This document shows, one piece after another, positions 44,760 to 55,153 of a DNA stretch of 64,000 nucleotides (within the stretch, counting starts at the first letter, position 1; each line of letters opens with the position of its first letter). The stretch is taken from IMG/VR virus record IMGVR_UViG_3300010370_000027; one strand, given 5' to 3'. Below the pieces are notes generated by a model. That model made no database searches. It had not been told where the DNA came from and saw nothing but the letters and a program-made list of their open reading frames with translations. The stretch comes from a virus. The position numbers and the translations under genes are program-made.

Positions 44760-46667
44760 ATGAATTTTAAAGATCAGATCTTTATAAATCCAAATAAACT
44801 AATCAGAGATGATACAGAAGTAGTATTTGTAGCTGATCTATTTGAAGAAGATTACGCTGGTGGTGCAGAGATGACATCGGAAGCGATAATTCAAAGATCA
44901 CCCTACAAGATTCAAAAGATCTACGCAAAAGATGTCAATCTTTCAGTATTGAATCAAGGACTTAAAAAGTTCTGGTTATTTGGTAACTTTTCTCAAATGA
45001 ACCCAGAGCTAATTCCAAGCATCGTTGCAAATCTCAAATATTCTATTCTTGAGTACGACTACAAGTATTGTAAGTTTAGATCTCCCGAGAAACATCAGGT
45101 TTCTACAGGACTTCTTTGCGACTGTCACAATCAGATGAATGGAAAACTGATATCAGCTTTCTACTACGGCGCTCAGTCTATGTGGTGGATGTCAGAGAAG
45201 CAAAAAGAAAGATATCACACTCTTTTTCCTTTTCTTGCTGAAAAAGACAACATCGTTTTATCTTCTGTATTCTCCAGAAAAACTCTTGGAATTCTTAAAC
45301 TTTTGAGAGAGACTATCAAAGAAGATGAACGTAATGGTTGGATTGTTTTGGGATCTCAGTCGTGGGTAAAAGGATTTGAGGCAGCAAAGACTTGGTGTGA
45401 AGAAAATAAGAAAAACTATGAAATAGTTTGGGATGTTCCTTATGAACAGCTCTTGGCAAAAATGGCTGCGGCAGAAGGATTTGTCTACTTGCCTTCAGGC
45501 GGAGACACATGTCCAAGAATGGTCATAGAAGCAAAACTTTTGGGATGCAAACTTCATATTAATGAAAACGTTCAGCACAAAGATGAAACATGGTTTGCAA
45601 CAGATGATTTGGATTCGATCGAAGAGTACCTAAGTGTATCACCAGATCTTTTCTGGAAAGCGATAACTAAAATTATGAACAAGAAGCCTACGATTAGTGG
45701 TTACATCACTACTTATAACTGTGAAAAGCAGGGATACCCATACGAGCAATCTATCAAATCCATGCTTGGATTTTGTGACGAAGTTTGTGTTGTAGACGGC
45801 GGTAGCACTGACGGAACTCTAGAAAATCTCGAGAAGATCTCCAGACAAGATCCTCGTCTAAAAGTAAAAAAGGTACAAAGAGACTGGTCTCACCCAAGAC
45901 ATGCTGTTTTTGACGGTATGCAGAAGGCAGAAGCAAGATCTATGTGCACGTCTGAATTTTGCTGGCAGATGGACTCTGACGAAGTTGTTCACGAAGAAGA
46001 TTATCAAAAGATTGTAGACCTCTGTAGCAAATTCCCCGCCAATGTAGAAATTCTTTCACTTCCAGTCATAGAATACTGGGGAGGACCAGAAAAGGTTCGA
46101 GCAGACATTCAGCCCTGGAAATGGAGACTGAGTAGAAATCTTCCTCATATCACGCACGGAATACCCTCACACTTGAGGAGAGAAGATAAACTAGGTGTTT
46201 ATGCTTTGCAAGGTACCGATGGCTGTGACATGATTCACAAGGTAACCGGAGAAATTATCAATCATTTGACTTTTCATACGGAGGAGTCAGAAAGAGTAAG
46301 AATTGCTGCTGTCTCTGGAAATTTGGAGGCAATCTCTGTTTATCAAGACTGGTTCAACAGAGTTGTTGAAAATATACCTGGTGTTCATCACTATTCTTGG
46401 TATAACATGTCAAGAAAAATGAGACTCTATAGAGACTACTGGACACGTCATTGGAATTCTCTTTTTAATGGTTCTCTTGAAGACACATCTTCAACGAATA
46501 TGATGTTTGACGTGCCTTGGTCAGAAGTCACCGAAGAAATGATAGAAGAAAGAGCAAAATTACTCACTGAAAAAACAGGCGGATGGATTTGGCATAGAAA
46601 GTGGGATGGTCGATCAACACCACACATTGTTGTAAAAAAGACGCAACCAAAGATAATGTCAAGCTAG
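44760..46667 (+). CDS. Bifunctional glycosyltransferase (GT-B/GT4 fused to GT-A/GT2)
   Basis: N-half KGF..DTCPRMVIEAKLLGC. C-half ISGYITTYN..VVDGGSTDGT..QMDSDE. Confidence 0.88.
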   Translation: MNFKDQIFINPNKLIRDDTEVVFVADLFEEDYAGGAEMTSEAIIQRSPYKIQKIYAKDVNLSVLNQGLKKFWLFGNFSQMNPELIPSIVANLKYSILEYDYKYCKFRSPEKHQVSTGLLCDCHNQMNGKLISAFYYGAQSMWWMSEKQKERYHTLFPFLAEKDNIVLSSVFSRKTLGILKLLRETIKEDERNGWIVLGSQSWVKGFEAAKTWCEENKKNYEIVWDVPYEQLLAKMAAAEGFVYLPSGGDTCPRMVIEAKLLGCKLHINENVQHKDETWFATDDLDSIEEYLSVSPDLFWKAITKIMNKKPTISGYITTYNCEKQGYPYEQSIKSMLGFCDEVCVVDGGSTDGTLENLEKISRQDPRLKVKKVQRDWSHPRHAVFDGMQKAEARSMCTSEFCWQMDSDEVVHEEDYQKIVDLCSKFPANVEILSLPVIEYWGGPEKVRADIQPWKWRLSRNLPHITHGIPSHLRREDKLGVYALQGTDGCDMIHKVTGEIINHLTFHTEESERVRIAAVSGNLEAISVYQDWFNRVVENIPGVHHYSWYNMSRKMRLYRDYWTRHWNSLFNGSLEDTSSTNMMFDVPWSEVTEEMIEERAKLLTEKTGGWIWHRKWDGRSTPHIVVKKTQPKIMSS

Positions 46668-46682
46668 AAAGTCTAAAAAGAA

Positions 46683-47396
46683 ATGAAGATTATCGACATA
46701 AGAAAAAAGCTGATTGATCTAGGGACTTCTGTAGAGAATGTTGCTCTAGGAGATTTCGATATAATTGGAAGATTTACTGCTGAAAGAAGTAGAGGTCAAG
46801 AAAGTGAGCTCTATAGAAAAGTCGGTGCTTTCTATAGATCAAATTACGAGAGAGGAATTCTAATAAGCGAGCTTATCAAGAAATACAAGATAGAGTCAAT
46901 GCTTGAGATAGGATTCGGAAGAGGATATTCAACTTTTTGCGCAGCAAAAGCTTTTAGCGATGCGGGAATAAAGGGAAGAATTGTAACGGTTGACCCTAAC
47001 TTCGATGAGAATCACATAAGAAACTTACAGTCTGTATTCCCTTCAAGCTGGTTTGATTGCATTACTTTCATGAAGGGTACTTCCACTCAAGCACTCCCGC
47101 AAATCAATGAGAAATTTGATCTTGTCTATATCGATGGAGATCATTCGTATGAAGGGACTAAATTTGACTGGGAGATGACTAAGGACAAGTGGAACAAGTG
47201 CATATTGTTCGACGACTATCATATGCCCACAAAAAATGATCCCGGCATACAATGCAGAGATCTAATAGACAGTATTGAAGATGCTACAAAAGAGCTGATC
47301 ATAATGGATAGAAGAATATTCTTCGACGACCGAAGAATACCGGACGATCAAGTCGATTATGGTCAAGTTTTGATGACAAAACCGGAGCTACTATGA
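46683..47396 (+). CDS. Class I SAM methyltransferase (Methyltransf_24-like)
   Basis: MLEIGFGRGYS, FDLVYIDGDHSYEG, LFDDY. Confidence 0.88.
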   Translation: MKIIDIRKKLIDLGTSVENVALGDFDIIGRFTAERSRGQESELYRKVGAFYRSNYERGILISELIKKYKIESMLEIGFGRGYSTFCAAKAFSDAGIKGRIVTVDPNFDENHIRNLQSVFPSSWFDCITFMKGTSTQALPQINEKFDLVYIDGDHSYEGTKFDWEMTKDKWNKCILFDDYHMPTKNDPGIQCRDLIDSIEDATKELIIMDRRIFFDDRRIPDDQVDYGQVLMTKPELL

Positions 47397-48118
47397 AGTC
47401 TAACAACTTCGTTTTTGTAGCACCGATGTTCAATGCATCGGAAACTCTACCTAGAATGATGCACTCCTTGTATGGTCAGTCTTACGATAACTGGAGATTG
47501 GTACTAATAGATGATGTATCTAACAAGGATCATAGCGAAGCTGCAAAAGAAACAGTCAGAAAATTCGAAGAATTAAAACCAGGTAAAACAACAGCCATTT
47601 GGAACGACACTAAAGAATGGGAAGTCTCTAATGTTCTAAAAGGAATATCGATGTGTAATGATGAAGACATAGTCTGCAGAATAGATGCGGATGATTGGCT
47701 TACAGACTTAGACGGTCTTGCTATCATCAATTACACTTACGAGAACACAAAGTGTGACATTGCCTGGACTGCACATCGATGGAGTTTTTCAGATAAGAAC
47801 ATTAGCGGACCAATGTCAAATGATGCAGATCCTTATTCTCACCCGTGGGTATCAAGTCATCTAAAAACATTTAGAAAGAAACTTTTAAGAGACGTTAAGG
47901 ACGAAAACTTTAGGGGCGAAGACGGAAATTACATAAGGCGAGCAGGTGATCAGGCAATTTATTTGCCCGCCTTAAGAAATTCTAGCAATAGAGTTTTTAT
48001 TCCAAGAGTAATGTATCACTACACGATTAAAGACGTTCCTGAAACTTATCAGACTGATGATGCAAGGTTTCAAAGAGACGAAGCTGTCTTCCTAAGAAGC
48101 AGAGGCTACGTAGAATGA
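47393..48118 (+). CDS. GT2 glycosyltransferase
   Basis: PMFNA..SLYGQSY..LIDDVS..RIDADDWL. Confidence 0.9.
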   Translation: MKSNNFVFVAPMFNASETLPRMMHSLYGQSYDNWRLVLIDDVSNKDHSEAAKETVRKFEELKPGKTTAIWNDTKEWEVSNVLKGISMCNDEDIVCRIDADDWLTDLDGLAIINYTYENTKCDIAWTAHRWSFSDKNISGPMSNDADPYSHPWVSSHLKTFRKKLLRDVKDENFRGEDGNYIRRAGDQAIYLPALRNSSNRVFIPRVMYHYTIKDVPETYQTDDARFQRDEAVFLRSRGYVE

Positions 48119-49020
48119 AAGTCTACATAAACAGAAAGCCTGTTGTTGGTCCATGGGGAGGTGGAAATATGTGGGTACAATCTATGTACAGCATTCTTCC
48201 AAGCCTTGGAATATCTCTTGTAGAGATATCGGAATCACCAGATGTTATTTTAATCGCAGGAATAGGCAGAGAAGGCAACTGTATATCAGCTGATGAAGCG
48301 ATTAGATACAAAGAAATGTCAGCATCTCATGGAAGAAACGTAAGACTTGTCATGAGGGTAAACGAGAATGACGCAAGAAAATCTACTACAGGTGTAGATG
48401 ATTCAATAAGAAGAATTGCAAGACATTGTGATCACGTAGTTTTCGTTTCCAGATGGCTATACGATTACTTTCAAGCAGAAAGCCTGGGTGAAAAAGCCTC
48501 CTATATCTACAACGGTGTCGACAGTCAAATCTATAGAGAATCACCAAAATTACAGAATGAAAAGATAAACATTGTGACACATCACTGGTCCGACAATGTT
48601 ATGAAAGGATTTGACATCTATGATTTAATAGATGAGTGGACTTTAAAGAATCAGGACTTTACTTTCACATACATCGGCAGAGAAAGAGGAACTTTCAAGA
48701 ATGCTAAAGTTGTAAAGCCTTTATTTGGAAAAGAGCTAGGAGAAGAACTTGGTAAATACGATGTTTATGTATCTGCTTCAAGATTTGATCCTGGTCCCAA
48801 TCACATCATAGAATCTATATCTTGCGGATTACCAACTTATGTTCACAAAGATGGCGGTGGATGCGTGGAATTTGCAGGTCAAGATCACGTATACCAAGAC
48901 GTCAATCAGCTATTAAACATCTTGTCAAGCAAATCATATTCTAAGAACACTTGTTGGCTACCTAAGAATTGGGAAGCTTGTGTAAAAAGTTTCTATGAAG
49001 TTTTAAAGAAAGTGAATTGA
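48115..49020 (+). CDS. GT4-like glycosyltransferase
   Basis: PWGGG, VFVS, YNGVD, KGFD, DPGPNHIIESISCGLP. Confidence 0.88.
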   Translation: MKVYINRKPVVGPWGGGNMWVQSMYSILPSLGISLVEISESPDVILIAGIGREGNCISADEAIRYKEMSASHGRNVRLVMRVNENDARKSTTGVDDSIRRIARHCDHVVFVSRWLYDYFQAESLGEKASYIYNGVDSQIYRESPKLQNEKINIVTHHWSDNVMKGFDIYDLIDEWTLKNQDFTFTYIGRERGTFKNAKVVKPLFGKELGEELGKYDVYVSASRFDPGPNHIIESISCGLPTYVHKDGGGCVEFAGQDHVYQDVNQLLNILSSKSYSKNTCWLPKNWEACVKSFYEVLKKVN

Positions 49021-49377
49021 ATGAAAAGCATACACGAAGCAGTTACTAAACTTTTAAATGATAGACTTCAAAGAAGGCTAGAGCAGAAATTTGATAAGTC
49101 TACGTGTATGGAAATTTATGGAGACATTTTTTACACCATATCTGAACTTGTCAAAGAGACACAAACTCCACTTAGCAATGAATCGGTCAATCTTCTTTCT
49201 CAGATGTATTATGACAGCGTAACAGTTAACGGAAACCAGGAGTTAGATCCCTCAATCTTCACGAAGCGAGCAACAACGACTGAAATACCGACAAAAGAGT
49301 TGGCTTTGTTGGCAACTATGATGAATGGAACGGTATTCGGTGATGTGTTCATTTCTGCTGTCAAGAGAAGATCATGA
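49021..49377 (+). CDS. Hypothetical protein in the glycosylation island
   Basis: Abuts both neighbouring genes. No motif recognised. Confidence 0.7.
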   Translation: MKSIHEAVTKLLNDRLQRRLEQKFDKSTCMEIYGDIFYTISELVKETQTPLSNESVNLLSQMYYDSVTVNGNQELDPSIFTKRATTTEIPTKELALLATMMNGTVFGDVFISAVKRRS

Positions 49378-50306
49378 AAATACATCTAGACAATGTTAAC
49401 TTAAGCTCTAGATCAGGTCCTAATTCATTTGCAAAAAGATTTTCTGAAAAAGTGATTGAGCTGGGTCATGAAATCACTTTTTCTGGTAAAGATGCTGATA
49501 TTTCTCTGGTTTTTATAGAAAAATCAGGAAGACCGCTTGCACCGAAAGTAGTACAGCGGATAGATGGTATTTGGTTTGCTCCTAATCAATTTTATACCAA
49601 CAACACGGGTATAAAATCAACATACCAGTCCGCTGATTACGTGGTATGGCAATCAGAATTTGATAAAAGTATGATTACTAAGTGGTGGGGGATTCCTAAG
49701 CTAGGATCAGTGATAAGGAATGGATGTCCACAGCCAAAAAGCTTTAGTCAAGAGACTGAAAATGCCATAAAAAATCTAAGAGAAAGACATGAAAAAATTT
49801 TTGTGTCTTCTGCTAACTGGCATCCTCAAAAAAGGTTAAAAAGCAATATAGAGCTTTTTAACTACATCAAGAATAACTTTCACAAGAATTCTTGTCTCGT
49901 GATAATGGGATCTTTAGATGGAAGACTTAATGAAAAAGACGTGTATGTTACAGGAAACATACCGCATGATGTCTGTATGCAAATATTCAAAGAATCAGAC
50001 TGGATGATTCATCTTGGTTGGTTGGATCATTGCCCCAATACAGTTGTCGAAGCACTATCTGTAAGAACACCAGTCATATGCTCCGAAGACGGAGGCACAA
50101 AAGAACTTCTTGGAAGTTTTGGAATAGTCTTAAAAGAAAATATTCCTTACGAATATCAGCTTACGGATTACGATAATCCACCAGATTTAGACGTTACTCA
50201 GCTAAAATATCTTCCTGAAAAGAAAGACCTTACTTACGACATAGACGTCTCTATTGAATCTTGTGTCAACAAGTATCTAGACATATTTGAAAGACTATTG
50301 AAATGA
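49374..50306 (+). CDS. GT4-like glycosyltransferase
   Basis: SGPNSF, QRIDG, IRNG, KRL, DHCPNTVVEALSVRTPVI...GGTKE. Confidence 0.88.
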   Translation: MKIHLDNVNLSSRSGPNSFAKRFSEKVIELGHEITFSGKDADISLVFIEKSGRPLAPKVVQRIDGIWFAPNQFYTNNTGIKSTYQSADYVVWQSEFDKSMITKWWGIPKLGSVIRNGCPQPKSFSQETENAIKNLRERHEKIFVSSANWHPQKRLKSNIELFNYIKNNFHKNSCLVIMGSLDGRLNEKDVYVTGNIPHDVCMQIFKESDWMIHLGWLDHCPNTVVEALSVRTPVICSEDGGTKELLGSFGIVLKENIPYEYQLTDYDNPPDLDVTQLKYLPEKKDLTYDIDVSIESCVNKYLDIFERLLK

Positions 50307-51232
50307 TCTACTACGTTTTTAAAGACTCTCAAAAAGATTACACGTGTAAATCAAGCGGATCAGATTTGATATCTACGTTTGAAAAAAACGGATGCATAGC
50401 ACTTACTGAATCAAATTTTCTTAATAGCAATTTCAATCCATCAGATGAAGACGTAGTAGTCGTCTATATCTCAGTAGAATCTCAAAAGAGTCTAGAGAAA
50501 CTTAAGTCTTTAAACTGTGTAAAAGTTTTACATTCAATAGACGAAAGCAAAAGTGATGCAATTCTGTACAGAACTCAGCTAAAATTTCTAGAAGAAGTAG
50601 GATCTAACACTATCATAAATGCTTATCCCTCTAAGAGAAATTTAGATTTCTTATCGTCTAAAGGGCTGGAAGTTATTACTCTACCGCTTTGTGGATCTAA
50701 AAGAATGGTAGACATATCAAACAAAGATATCGATGTGCTTGTTTCGGGCCAAATGGATGCGTCTTATTATCCAACAAGAACTAAGATTCTAAGTGCATTG
50801 AGCAAGTCGGATGTAAAATTTGCCTATCTACCTCACTCAGGTATGGAAGCTTCAAAAGCAACACACCAGTATCATGGAGAAAAATTTCTAGAACTGCTAG
50901 ATAGATGCTGGCTGGGCGTAACTTGCAAAGCAGGAAATTTTAGAGACAGATTAGTTGCCAAATATGTTGAGTTTGGATTTTCGAAAGTTTTGCCCGTGGG
51001 AGATGTACCCACTTACATGGACAAGAGAATGTCAGAGAGTATGCTATCAATAGAAGAAAGCGACTCAGAAGAAAAAATAATAAGCAAAATAAAAGAATGT
51101 CTAAGCAACAAAGAAAGCCTCATCAGAAGAATAGAGACATATTCATCAGCAACTGAAGAGATCCATGACATGGAAGAAAATGTTAGAAGAGTTGTACATC
51201 TTCTGCAGAAGTTAAAGACGAATACAAAGTAG
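50303..51232 (+). CDS. GT-B (Glyco_trans_1_2/CgeB-like) glycosyltransferase
   Basis: KDIDVLVSG..YPTR..KYVEFG pattern plus island context. Confidence 0.6.
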   Translation: MIYYVFKDSQKDYTCKSSGSDLISTFEKNGCIALTESNFLNSNFNPSDEDVVVVYISVESQKSLEKLKSLNCVKVLHSIDESKSDAILYRTQLKFLEEVGSNTIINAYPSKRNLDFLSSKGLEVITLPLCGSKRMVDISNKDIDVLVSGQMDASYYPTRTKILSALSKSDVKFAYLPHSGMEASKATHQYHGEKFLELLDRCWLGVTCKAGNFRDRLVAKYVEFGFSKVLPVGDVPTYMDKRMSESMLSIEESDSEEKIISKIKECLSNKESLIRRIETYSSATEEIHDMEENVRRVVHLLQKLKTNTK

Positions 51233-51256
51233 AAGATTGTTAATATAGTTACTTTT

Positions 51257-52156
51257 ATGCCCAAAGTCTATGTTCTTCCACCAGGAGAGGGATGGATAGT
51301 TGATAGAATGGTCAAGGAGTGGACCGAAGACAATGCTGATATGTGTGTAGACAACCCACATAATGCAGATGTTATTTGGCTTTTAGCAGATTGGTGCTGG
51401 AGGAACGTTCCACCTTCCATTTTATCCACTAAGAAAGTAATAACGACAGTTCATCATATAGTTCCCGAAAAGTTTGGGGAAAAAGAAAAAGATGATTTCG
51501 CTTTAAGAGATAGCATTACTACTGTTTATCACGTCTATAATCAGTCTACTTTAGACTTCATAAGACCGCTTACTAGCAAACCAATACACCTGATACCCTA
51601 CTGGGCTAATCAGAAAATTTGGAAAAAAACAGAAGATAGATTAAGCCTAAGAGTAAAATATAATTTACCTGCTGGCGCTTACCTGGTTGGATCTTTTCAA
51701 AGAGATACAGAAGGTCATGATTTAAAAAGCCCAAAGCTAGAAAAGGGACCTGATATTCTAGCTGACTACTTGGAGAAACTATTCCTTAAAAGGAAAGATT
51801 TGTTTGTAGTTTTAGCGGGCTGGAGAAGACAATACGTCATATCCCGCCTGGAGAAGGCAGGAATTCCTTATGCTTATTTTGAAAGACCACCCCACGACAC
51901 AATAAATGACTTATATCAGTGTCTTGATCTATATCCAGTTACTGCAAGAACAGAGGGCGGACCTCAATCGTTAATAGAATGTGGCCTTCTTGATATTCCT
52001 GTAATATCAAGAAATGTCGGAATTGCAAGCCAAGTTTTACCTTTGGACTCAATAAACGACAACATATCTGAGGCAATACCAAACATACCGGATGTATCTT
52101 CCTGGAAATTGCCAGAAGGTTATGTTCAATATAGAAGATTAATTTCTAATTTGTGA
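51257..52156 (+). CDS. GT4-like glycosyltransferase
   Basis: EKGPD, EGGPQSLIECGLLDIPVIS.NVG. ATAGTTA 5 nt upstream. Confidence 0.88.
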   Translation: MPKVYVLPPGEGWIVDRMVKEWTEDNADMCVDNPHNADVIWLLADWCWRNVPPSILSTKKVITTVHHIVPEKFGEKEKDDFALRDSITTVYHVYNQSTLDFIRPLTSKPIHLIPYWANQKIWKKTEDRLSLRVKYNLPAGAYLVGSFQRDTEGHDLKSPKLEKGPDILADYLEKLFLKRKDLFVVLAGWRRQYVISRLEKAGIPYAYFERPPHDTINDLYQCLDLYPVTARTEGGPQSLIECGLLDIPVISRNVGIASQVLPLDSINDNISEAIPNIPDVSSWKLPEGYVQYRRLISNL

Positions 52157-52162
52157 GAAAAA

Positions 52163-53272
52163 ATGAACGTATTAATTTTTCCAACAAGCGATCGTCTCGG
52201 CCTTGCGTCAGCTATTGCTCACTACAACAAGCTTGGACATAAAGTACACGTACCAAAGCATGGAACGCTAGGTCTGGACTGGTCTACAGGAGCACAGTGG
52301 CCAGCTCTTTTGTGTCTTGATCCTGACTCGGGAAAGAGAAATTTGGAGCTTCATGGTCTTCGTAAAGAAGGTGCTTTTTTTGGAGAAGATGCTTTCATAG
52401 AAGTGCAAAATATACCCACATCTAAAGATGTTCCATTAGTAAGAATTTGCTCTGAAGAAGAAATAGCAGACACAGAAATTAACATCTATCACACGTTACG
52501 TGGAGGCGAAAATCATCTACTTCACTACAAGAGCCTAATGGAGAAAAAGAAGGCTGTCTGGGTATCCTCAACGGTTAATGCCTGGGAAGACAAACCAGGA
52601 GGTCTATCGCCTAGAAACGTTGCAAAAATATTGCCTGCTCGCTATGAAAGTACAAAATATGAAAATTCTTTCAATATGTGGTGTCTAGACATAGAATATG
52701 ACTTGTTTTCTCTCAGCAAAGAAGAACAAAATCGTCAAAAATGCTTTGCATCTTTTAATCATAATTTTCATGTTAGACAGCCCGATGACTACGATCTTTT
52801 TTGCAAGATGAACGAGATTTTATCAAAGAAAGGCATTCAAAAAGTTACCAATTACGGAGGCAACATAAGAGCGATGGGCGCTGATATTCGCTATAGCAAC
52901 GGAGGCCCCGTAGGTAACTATGAAACGCTTTCTCCCATAGAGACAATTAAGAAATACAAGACTTTAACTGGAGTGGTACATTTTAAACAGACAGACTGGG
53001 GCGGTGGAGTATTCTTTCACTCACTTTTTAGTCATACTCCCGTAGTCACAACCAGGAGATACGTTGAGAAATCTAATTCTGGGAAGTATCTTGTTGACGG
53101 CGTAAATAGCATTCATATTAGCTCTCCAGAAGAAGCTGCAAATTCAATAGAAAGACTTCTAGATGAGAAAGAATTTTCAAAGCTTTCGGCAGGAATGAAA
53201 GACATGAAGAATAGTCTCATAAATGAAGCTTACTGGGAAGGATGGAGATCTTTCTTGGAGAAGGTGTCGTGA
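52163..53272 (+). CDS. Divergent GT-B-like protein
   Basis: DWGGG....SL..HTPVV..LVDGVNS resembles a GT4 C-terminal region. Confidence 0.55.
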   Translation: MNVLIFPTSDRLGLASAIAHYNKLGHKVHVPKHGTLGLDWSTGAQWPALLCLDPDSGKRNLELHGLRKEGAFFGEDAFIEVQNIPTSKDVPLVRICSEEEIADTEINIYHTLRGGENHLLHYKSLMEKKKAVWVSSTVNAWEDKPGGLSPRNVAKILPARYESTKYENSFNMWCLDIEYDLFSLSKEEQNRQKCFASFNHNFHVRQPDDYDLFCKMNEILSKKGIQKVTNYGGNIRAMGADIRYSNGGPVGNYETLSPIETIKKYKTLTGVVHFKQTDWGGGVFFHSLFSHTPVVTTRRYVEKSNSGKYLVDGVNSIHISSPEEAANSIERLLDEKEFSKLSAGMKDMKNSLINEAYWEGWRSFLEKVS

Positions 53273-54099
53273 AAGAAGTACCAAAGAACACTCTTTTCGT
53301 ATTGGTAACTTGCTCTCGAGATAAAATTCGAGATGAAATAGCTGAAAAAGTTGTCAATTCCATACAAGATCTACCAAAAGACAGAGTAATCGCTTTTGAT
53401 AATTCTTCAGTTTACCAAAACACTAAAGAGAAATTAAAAAGCCTGACTAAAAATTCCTTCTTCTCTTCTACGAATTATGGATTTTGGACTGCAGTAGACT
53501 GGTGCTTGCAAAATTATGAGTCTATACTGAAAAGTAAGCTAGATTACGTCTATGTCATAGAGTCGGACGCAATACACTTCCCAGGATACGTAGAGTCAAT
53601 CGTTGAATGCGAAAAATATTTAGAAAATAATGCCGACGTAGGATCCATTAGACTGCAAGAGTTTTCAGTAAAAGAAAAGCATCTATACGACAAAAACTTT
53701 CCCACGCAAGACTCAAGAAAATGGGCGTGGATGAGACAGTCAAACCATTTCACTAATCAGAAAGCTTACTTTGAGAGACCTGAAGGAAGCATCTACAGAA
53801 CAAATTTGTCACCTCAAGTTTGTTCATTGAACAGAATAAGTTTTATGGAAAATGCTTTCTGTGAACTCAGAAAAATGGGAAAATTTACAGAAATTGACTT
53901 TCAAGAACAATACTTTAAGTTTTATAAAGAGTCAGCCGTATATGACGGAGGCATCTTTAACACAAAAGAATCTTTCGAGTCAGATACACTTACAGGCAGC
54001 TGGAGTGACAAGAACAAGCTTCAGCAACACGGATATAAAATGACTAGAGAAGACTCTATTCAGGCTGTTAACGAAGAAAATTTCGTGAACGTCGGATAG
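53269..54099 (+). CDS. Divergent GT-A-like glycosyltransferase
   Basis: FDNSS, NYGF..A, YVIESD. GTGA overlap start (the ORF track begins at 53242). Confidence 0.55.
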   Translation: MKEVPKNTLFVLVTCSRDKIRDEIAEKVVNSIQDLPKDRVIAFDNSSVYQNTKEKLKSLTKNSFFSSTNYGFWTAVDWCLQNYESILKSKLDYVYVIESDAIHFPGYVESIVECEKYLENNADVGSIRLQEFSVKEKHLYDKNFPTQDSRKWAWMRQSNHFTNQKAYFERPEGSIYRTNLSPQVCSLNRISFMENAFCELRKMGKFTEIDFQEQYFKFYKESAVYDGGIFNTKESFESDTLTGSWSDKNKLQQHGYKMTREDSIQAVNEENFVNVG

Positions 54100-54121
54100 A
54101 AATAGTTTATACTTAGACAAA

Positions 54122-55153
54122 ATGTCTGAGTCAAAAAACATTCTTATTTTTGGTGGTACTGGTTCTTTAGGGAAGACGCTTATAAAGAGATTTATGGCGG
54201 ATAACAAAGTCTATGCTTACTCAAGAGATGAGGCCAAGCATTGGACTATAAGAAATGAACTTTCTACTGTTGAAGGTTTTAAAAATGTCAACTTTATTGT
54301 TGGCGACATTAGAGATAAACAAAGAGTAACTCAAGCTCTTCATCAAACCGATGCCGATATCGTAATTGTTGCTGCAGCATTAAAGCAAGTTGATACTTGT
54401 GAACTCTCTCCCAGAGAAAGCGTCCTTACAAATTTGCAAGGAACACAAAATGTTGTCGAGTCCGTTTATGAGCTTGAGAAACTTACAGGAAAGACTAGGA
54501 CGCTTCTCTTTGTGAGTACTGACAAGGCATGCTCTCCAATAAATGTTTATGGAATGTGCAAGGCAGTCTCAGAAAGACTTGTAACGAGCATGTCTTTCGA
54601 TACTCAAACAAAATCGAGATACATCGGAGTCCGATACGGAAATGTGCTTGAGTCAAGAGGAAGCATCATTCCACTATTCAAATACCAGTCAGAAAATCTA
54701 CCGCATCTCACCGTAACTGACCCAGAGATGACTAGGTTTGTTATGACACTTGATGAGAGTGTTAACCTTATAGTCAGCGCAATCAACGGTGCAGAATCAG
54801 GTCAGATATTTGTTCCTCGACTTCCGTCAATGAGAATTGGAGATCTAGCTGAAATATTTTCAAAGAGATCTGGCAAACCTATAAAGGTGGTAGGACTAAG
54901 GCCTGGAGAGAAGATGCACGAAGCATTGATCAATGCTTCAGAATCCGTCAGATGTACCATCAAGGATGAGGTTATAGCAATCTCTTCTTCTCTGACGCCG
55001 GGAGATGAAAAGGCTTTTGAATATACGTCTGCTGACGATGTAATGACTGCTGAGCAACTTGAAGACAAGCTAATGAAGCTCGGAATACTCGATATGGGTC
55101 TTGAAAAGTTTGAAGGTAGAACTATTGAAGAGATTGACGGAGCTAAGCAATGA
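54122..55153 (+). CDS. UDP-GlcNAc 4,6-dehydratase (PseB/CapD-like, Polysacc_synt_2)
   Basis: GGTGSLG, SRDEAK, AALKQV, STDKA, YGMCK, RYGNV..SRGS, MTRF, GLRPGEKMHE. ATACTTA 6 nt upstream. Confidence 0.92.
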   Translation: MSESKNILIFGGTGSLGKTLIKRFMADNKVYAYSRDEAKHWTIRNELSTVEGFKNVNFIVGDIRDKQRVTQALHQTDADIVIVAAALKQVDTCELSPRESVLTNLQGTQNVVESVYELEKLTGKTRTLLFVSTDKACSPINVYGMCKAVSERLVTSMSFDTQTKSRYIGVRYGNVLESRGSIIPLFKYQSENLPHLTVTDPEMTRFVMTLDESVNLIVSAINGAESGQIFVPRLPSMRIGDLAEIFSKRSGKPIKVVGLRPGEKMHEALINASESVRCTIKDEVIAISSSLTPGDEKAFEYTSADDVMTAEQLEDKLMKLGILDMGLEKFEGRTIEEIDGAKQ

